In this document: positions 63,711-64,000 of the stretch, in pieces
Layout: each line of letters begins with the position of its first letter
Position numbering within the stretch: position 1 is the first letter of the stretch
Assembly: GCF_041956535.1 (NCBI RefSeq)
Contig: NW_027192214.1
Coordinates: forward strand, 363,309 to 427,308
From: Calcarisporiella thermophila CBS 279.70
Lineage: Eukaryota; Fungi; Calcarisporiellomycota
DNA length: 64,000 nt
Direction of reading: 5' to 3'
Notes under the pieces: generated by a model
Told to the model about the DNA's origin: nothing
Databases searched by the model: none
Seen by the model: the letters and a program-made list of their open reading frames with translations, nothing else
Position numbers and translations under genes: made by a program

Positions 63711-63772
63711 TAAATTGAGAAGAATATGGTTGAAATTTTGACGGTTATTTTCGACGCGTTTTTTGAATATTA
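63711..63772 (+). repeat. Diverged direct copy of the tRNA-iMet upstream flank (60193..60253)
   Basis: The sequence taaattg..gaatatggttgaaattt.gacg.tt.ttt..cgacgcgtttttt is shared. Confidence 0.75.
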
Positions 63773-63852
63773 TACTTTTTTTTTAGTTGGTTTACAACAA
63801 CCTCATTGACACAAAACTAACAGCAAACATACTAGGAAATGAAAATAACAAA

Positions 63853-64000
63853 ATGCAGATTATCAAATTAGCCATCAGCATCATGATTATTTGCGCGGTT
63901 CAGCAGTTGGCCTTGGCTAGTATTATCCCTAGTGTTGAGGTTGAAAAGATACAAGGACCAGCTCTCGAGAAGCGCCAAGATATCATCGGCGGTATCGCTG
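63853..64000 (+). CDS. 5' end of a secreted trypsin-like (S1) serine protease; runs off the window
   Basis: MQIIKLAISIMIICAVQQLALA signal peptide, propeptide ending EKR-QD, then IIGG, the typical mature N-terminus of S1A proteases. Catalytic residues are not in the window. Confidence 0.72.
   Translation, partial: MQIIKLAISIMIICAVQQLALASIIPSVEVEKIQGPALEKRQDIIGGIA

Overview
Eukaryotic genomic DNA with short GT-AG introns. The gene set (CYR1, DRS2, VAC8, KCH1, MCA1, a P2C ATPase, a trypsin) suggests an early-diverging fungus; the taxon is an inference. The central ~49 kb (10.2-59 kb) is a compact block of 14 genes, mostly housekeeping and signalling, in which I recognised no transposon. Both ends are AT-rich islands built around tRNA genes (Arg-TCG, intron-containing Tyr-GTA, and an inverted pair of initiator Met). 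The main finding: L1/Tx1-like non-LTR retrotransposons of at least four families are stacked in tandem upstream of three different tRNA genes. They are always head-to-head with the tRNA and are separated by repeated copies of a locus-specific target-site duplication (TSD) lying about 64-97 bp upstream of the tRNA. The three target sequences are unrelated, so this looks like position-specific, Pol III-gene-tethered LINE integration, analogous to Dictyostelium TRE5-A. Other observations: a fold-back DIRS derivative with 345-bp inverted arms, a chimeric LINE, a conserved 3'-UTR RNA fold, a secreted beta/gamma-crystallin-like protein, a P2C ATPase with PQGL instead of PEGL, a Cys-rich surface protein with an in-frame TGA, and a KASH-like protein. 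There are two assembly gaps (7014-7906, 60688-61446). Exon boundaries were read by eye and are approximate.
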